DNA of 63,085 nt, counting the filler, from Collodictyon triciliatum (Eukaryota): assembly GCA_043381765.1 (NCBI GenBank). It is 13 parts of 13 records of this genome, joined end to end, with 100 filler letters (N's around TTAATTAATTAA, not from the genome) between each part and the next. Parts side by side here need not be neighbours in the genome. Positions count along the whole stretch, not along the records: positions 58,232 to 63,085 come from JBHJMP010005800.1; 12 more parts are not named here. The stretch is one strand, 5' to 3'. Below are positions 58,624 to 63,085 of the stretch, in pieces. Both the position numbers and the translations under genes were made by a program. Below the pieces are notes generated by a model, which worked only from the letters and a program-made list of their open reading frames with translations, was not told where the DNA came from and did no database searches. Within the stretch, counting starts at the first letter, position 1. Each line of letters opens with the position of its first letter.

Positions 58624-60928
58624 ATGTCCGATCACCTCACACCTGCCCAAGTGGATGCGCTGATGGAAGAAGTCCGGAAACTCTCCAACTATCCTGATAT
58701 TGCCAGTCTGAAACGCTCCACATCTCTGAGTCTCGGTGGCAACAAACTGTCATCTGTGCCACCTGGTGTTTTTCTGTTGACTGGTCTGAAACTATTGGGT
58801 CTTGGTGTCAATAAGCTGTCATCACTACCTGCACAAATATCGTGTTTAACTGGTCTCACATATCTTGATGTATTCTACAATCCGGTATGTTTTTATTCAT
58901 ATATTATTACTATTTATGTTTAAAAGATAATGACTGACAACGATACACGCAGATGGAGGAGCTTCCAGCACAGATCACAGCCCTCACAAATCTGAAAGTA
59001 CTCTACATCGAGGGCGGTGGCAGGGTAAACATAAAGAGAGCCCCGCGTGGCATCTCAAATCTCCCCTGCTGGAATAACACAGGATGCTTAGACTACCAAC
59101 ACATCCGCGCTCTGCAGCTCTACGACCCCGTAAGCACACATCCACCCCAACCCCCACATACACAACACAGGACACAACTAACATAACCCTAGGTCGATAC
59201 CGCAGCTGAAGCTAAAAGAGCTGAAGAAGCTAGAAAAGCTGAAGAAGCTAAAAGAGCTGAAGAAGCTAGAAAAGCTGAAGAAGCTAAAAGAGCTGAAGAA
59301 GCTAGAAAAGCTGAAGAAGCTAGAAAAGCTGAAGAAGCTAAAAGAGCTGAAGAAGCTAGAAAAGCTGAAGAAGCTAAAAGAGCTGAAGAAGCTAGAAAAG
59401 CTGAAGAAGCTAGAAAAGCTGAAGAAGCTAAAAAAGCTGAAGAAGCTAAAAGAGCTGAAGAAGCTAAAAGAGCTGAAGAAGCTAGAAAAGCTGAAGAAGC
59501 TAGAAAAGCTGAAGAAGCTAGAAAAGCTGAAGAAGCTAGAAAAGCTGAAGAAGCTAGAAAAGCTGAAGAAGCTAAAACAGCTGAAGAAGCTAGAAAAGCT
59601 GAAGAAGCTAAAACAGCTGAAGAAGCTAGAAAAGCTGAAGAAGCTAAAAGAGCTGAAGAAGCTAGAAAAGCTGAAGAAGCTAAAACAGCTGAAGAAGCTA
59701 GAAAAGCTGAAGAAGCTAAAAAATCTGAAGAAGCTAAAAGAGCTGAAGAAGCTAAAAGAGCTGAAGAAGCTAAAAGAGCTGAAGAAGCTAAAAGGGCTGA
59801 AGAAGCTAAAAAAGCTGAAGAAGCTAAAAGGGCTGAAGAAGCTAAAAAAGCTGAAGAAGCTAAAAGAGCAGAATCATCGAGTATGTTAATAGACTTACCT
59901 CACATGCAGTTGCCTACTGTTACCTCGGGGTTACATCTCACTATAACCCCACCTTAGCACCCAGCCGCCTGGCCCTCGGCAAATACGCCGATCTGCTGAC
60001 CACAGACTTTGAGAAGCGGGAGAACATCTTGGGCAAGGGCGGCTTCGGGCTGGTCTTCAAGGTGCAACTGAAGGCAGGCCTCTTCGCCGTGAAGCTTGTT
60101 GCGAACGCACAGATGCATGCGATCGTCGACGGCACCGACCCGGAGAAGGAGGGCAACATGATGCTCGAGCTGCAGCACCCAAACATCCTGACGCTCTACG
60201 ACTTTGGCTTCCGCGGCAGAGACCTGCTCTTTGTGATGGAGTTTGCAGACGGCGGAGAGCTCTGCTCACTTATCAAGAAACTAAAAGCACTAGGAAACGA
60301 CACGACCCTCAAGTACGGGCAGCACATCATCCAGGGCCTCGTCTACCTGCACACGCGGCCAAGGCCCATCCAGCACCGCGACCTCAAGACCGAGAACTGG
60401 TCACCGCCCGAGGTTTTTGAAGAAGGCAAGGGTGTGGGGCTGCCCAGCGACGTCTACTCGTACGGCGTGGTCCTCTGGTCCATGCTGAGCGGCGAGTATC
60501 CGTATGAAGGCATGACCATGGGCGAGGTCGGCACAAGAGTCATGAGCGGTAAAATGCTTCCTCTCCCACCAACATGCCCTTCTAACCTTGCAGCTCTTAT
60601 CCACAAGTGCTGGGAGAAAAACTATGAGACTCGCATCACTGCTCAACAGGTCGAGGCCGGGCTCAAGGGCATCATGTCAAACCCCGTTGCTGTCCCGGCC
60701 ACTCCGAGGTCTAGCTCTGTCAAGAAGATGGATACCGAAGAGTTGGTGGTCTACATGAAGGACAATAAGGCCAACCCAAAGCTGATACAGGCCTGCCAAG
60801 AGAATGGCTTAGGCGGGCGTGAGTTCCTTCTGATGACAGAGCCGGACTTGAAGGAGCTTGTTCCAGAGTTCAAGAATCTCCATATCCGAGCCGCTCTTGA
60901 TCTAATCGAGGAGGCCAAGCGCACCTAA
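58624..60928 (+). CDS. LRR - charged repeat helix - TKL (pseudo)kinase - SAM-like protein
   Basis: Four GT-AG exons (58624-58884, 58953-59129, 59193-59880, 59958-60928). They encode LRRs (LSLGGNKLSSVP), AEEA[RK]x repeats, GKGGFG/AVK/HRDLK, and a SAM-like ENGLGGREFLLMTEPDLKEL. Confidence 0.88.
59220..59867 (+). repeat. Coding minisatellite, 36 x 18 bp (GCTGAAGAAGCTA[AG]AA[ACG][AG])
   Basis: 648 nt in perfect period, encoding AEEARK/AEEAKR/AEEAKK/AEEAKT (one unit starts with Ser). Confidence 0.97.
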
Positions 60929-61836
60929 CCACCGCCCCACTCCCTCCTTCATTTCATGGGTTTTGTAGCATTCGCTTGACCCTTTGTTGTCCCCATCCCC
61001 ACACATCTCTATCGCACCCTCAACTGAATAAAGGAAAAACAAAACTATTCTCTGCTCCGCCCCTTTCGTCATCTCGCAAAAGAGAAAAGTAACCGTTTGC
61101 TGGTTTTGTTGCTTGGTTGCGCTGCAGGAAAAAAAAGCAGATTCTTCCGCGAGCCTGTGGTGCATGTAACTGAATTCCGTTTTCACGGGATAGGAAGTCG
61201 TTACATTGGTGTCAATTATACAAAAGTGGATAATAAATTAATAAGATCATATTTAATTATAATAGTTATTTATTATCGATTATATTGATATTTTTGAATA
61301 AATATATATAATTAATTGAATACTTAATGATGATTTTACTTATGGTGCACAGTCATTGAATGTTTCAATTGCAAATGCGACACAGAAACACCTTTGCACA
61401 GACCCAAAATTGTTGCAGTTCAATTGAAAAAAAGTCGGCTTCTCTTATGCGCTAAGAAAATAGTATAGATAGCAAACGACTTGCATAAAATCGCTATAAT
61501 TGCCAAGTTGACAGATTGCCTATATTGGCCTTAGTGCGGTGCATTTTGGGTAATCTTCTTTGAATGGTTCGAAAATCATGACAGAAACCCTCAACCCGAA
61601 TTTGGAATTGACCACATGAACTTTTCGTCCAATTGGTTCATATTCACTGAATTGAAAGTTTTGGCGATTTACTTCTTTTGTCATAGTTCACAGAATTTAT
61701 AATTCAATGAATATATCCAAAATATTCAACTAATTCACATCTGGAATATAAATGTTTTATAATTAAATATCATTACATGTATGATTAATTCAAATGTATG
61801 ATAAAATATGAATATAGATTAATATAAAAAACAAAA

Positions 61837-62128
61837 CTCGCTACACTTTGAATCGAATAAAGGAAAAAAAAATATACAAAACAAAAGATGTGGGAATGTG
61901 TCGTGCGATATCTCCCACAACATATCCAACCCCTGCTGCCCACGCAACCAATCAGCCAGTTGGGACGCCCACCTGACCAACTCGCTATCACTGACTTCTT
62001 TCCAGTGCTACCCTCTCCACGGTAGTCTTCTCCTACTCGCGTTTGCTCTCTCCCATGCGCTCCCATCCCGCCCCTTTGCATGGCATAACCTCACTGCACT
62101 TTGGATCGAATAAAGGAAAAAAAAAAAA
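61837..62128 (+). mobile_element. Two family B copies: a short one with TSD, and a possibly longer C-rich one
   Basis: 61837-61870 is flanked by AATATAAAAAACAAAA and AATATACAAAACAAAA. 62090-62128 repeats the tail with a long A-run, after about 200 nt of C-rich sequence. Confidence 0.75.
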
Positions 62129-63085
62129 CCTTGATTTTCAATCCATATTTTATCAAATCCGAACCCTGTATTAATACTTTAAAATAGATTTTGCTAAATA
62201 TCCCTTCATCACACATCAGAGTACTTTGGTTAATTGTATTTTTTGTGCTTTTTTTTTCCAGCGCTAATATGTTGGGGCAAATAAGGTTCCTAATACCCAG
62301 CCGTCTGGCTTATCAGTGACCGCGGTGGAAGCGAGAGTTTCTTCGGGATTGCTCTGCACAACCCTTTTCGATGACGGACCATGAGATTGATTTATGGGCA
62401 CGTAATACGCATTATCGAAAAAATGGTACCCTTGTAAGTGAAACTGGTATATTTCATATATCAGAAGTATCCTTGGGATAAGTACAGTTTCACCTTTTGC
62501 ATATCCTATCAGGATTTCTTGCCTTCGTAAATCAGCACTCTCACACTTTATATCACAATCAGATTTCGTTACAAAGCCCCAGGGACTCCAAAATGCACAG
62601 CAAGAATACTGAGAACCCTCCTTTTGATTGCGTTTAATGGGATAGAAATCGAGGAGGGTCCAAATTATCCAAAAACACCTCGAGAAATATCATAGAATGC
62701 TAAAGGTCAATATCAGAATCAAAGGATTTATGAATAGTCAAATTATTTGGTACTTCATCTCGTATCATTACATTGATGTAGAGAACCACGTGAATACCTA
62801 ATTCAAGTATGATTTCTTTAGCCACCCAAAGGTTTTCAGTAGCTTATACTTAATCTGAAAAAAATGATATACTGTATTCATAGGAGTATCCATTGAGATA
62901 AAAAGTGCAAACCCCTTAATCAGAAGGTAATAAACTTACTTGTATGCTCTATTATCTTCACATCCCCAGTCCCAGTAAGTTGGTACGCAACATCTTGAGC
63001 AAAATAACAAAACGAAAAAAAAATTGTCACTATTTTTGTATTTTTCATTAAGGGTTTATGATATTCTACAAAATACCAATTATTC

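Noticed and set aside
59220-59867. CRISPR-like or telomeric array
   Set aside because: There are no spacers. It is an in-frame coding minisatellite between splice sites.
62280-63000. Exon-like segments on the minus strand
   Set aside because: Could not be joined into a consistent, recognisable protein.

Overview
This window is not one locus. It is 13 unrelated ~4.75-kb contigs from a fragmented eukaryotic assembly, joined by artificial N44-TTAATTAATTAA-N44 linkers. The organism is an intron-rich, AT-rich, flagellated protist with peroxisomes that uses the standard genetic code. Hand-spliced genes: Sgf11/ATXN7L3, an axonemal dynein heavy chain, a divergent DEAD-box helicase, BTAF1/Mot1, an Elongin-B-like protein, HSD17B10, a STAND-NTPase/TPR gene, an EF-hand/WD40 protein, a two-kinase-domain receptor kinase, a claudin-like protein, an OMS1-like methyltransferase, UPF3, C2 and EF-hand proteins, syntaxin-8, PEX16 and an LRR-helix-kinase-SAM gene. 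There are also tRNA-Glu(TTC) and a partial tRNA-Phe(GAA). Most notable: (1) two families of ultra-short (about 23-43 nt) A-tailed insertions, ten copies in all, six with 15-18 bp target-site duplications; (2) two well-supported U12-type AT-AC introns among roughly 130 introns parsed; (3) a kinase with a clean in-frame loss of the DFG/activation segment, attached to LRRs by 36 AEEA[RK]x repeats; (4) a STAND-TPR gene with a TAA exactly at the Walker A lysine and a tandem exon+intron array; (5) a scaffold whose two ends share an identical 121 bp. All calls come from manual reading and motif recognition; no database search was run.
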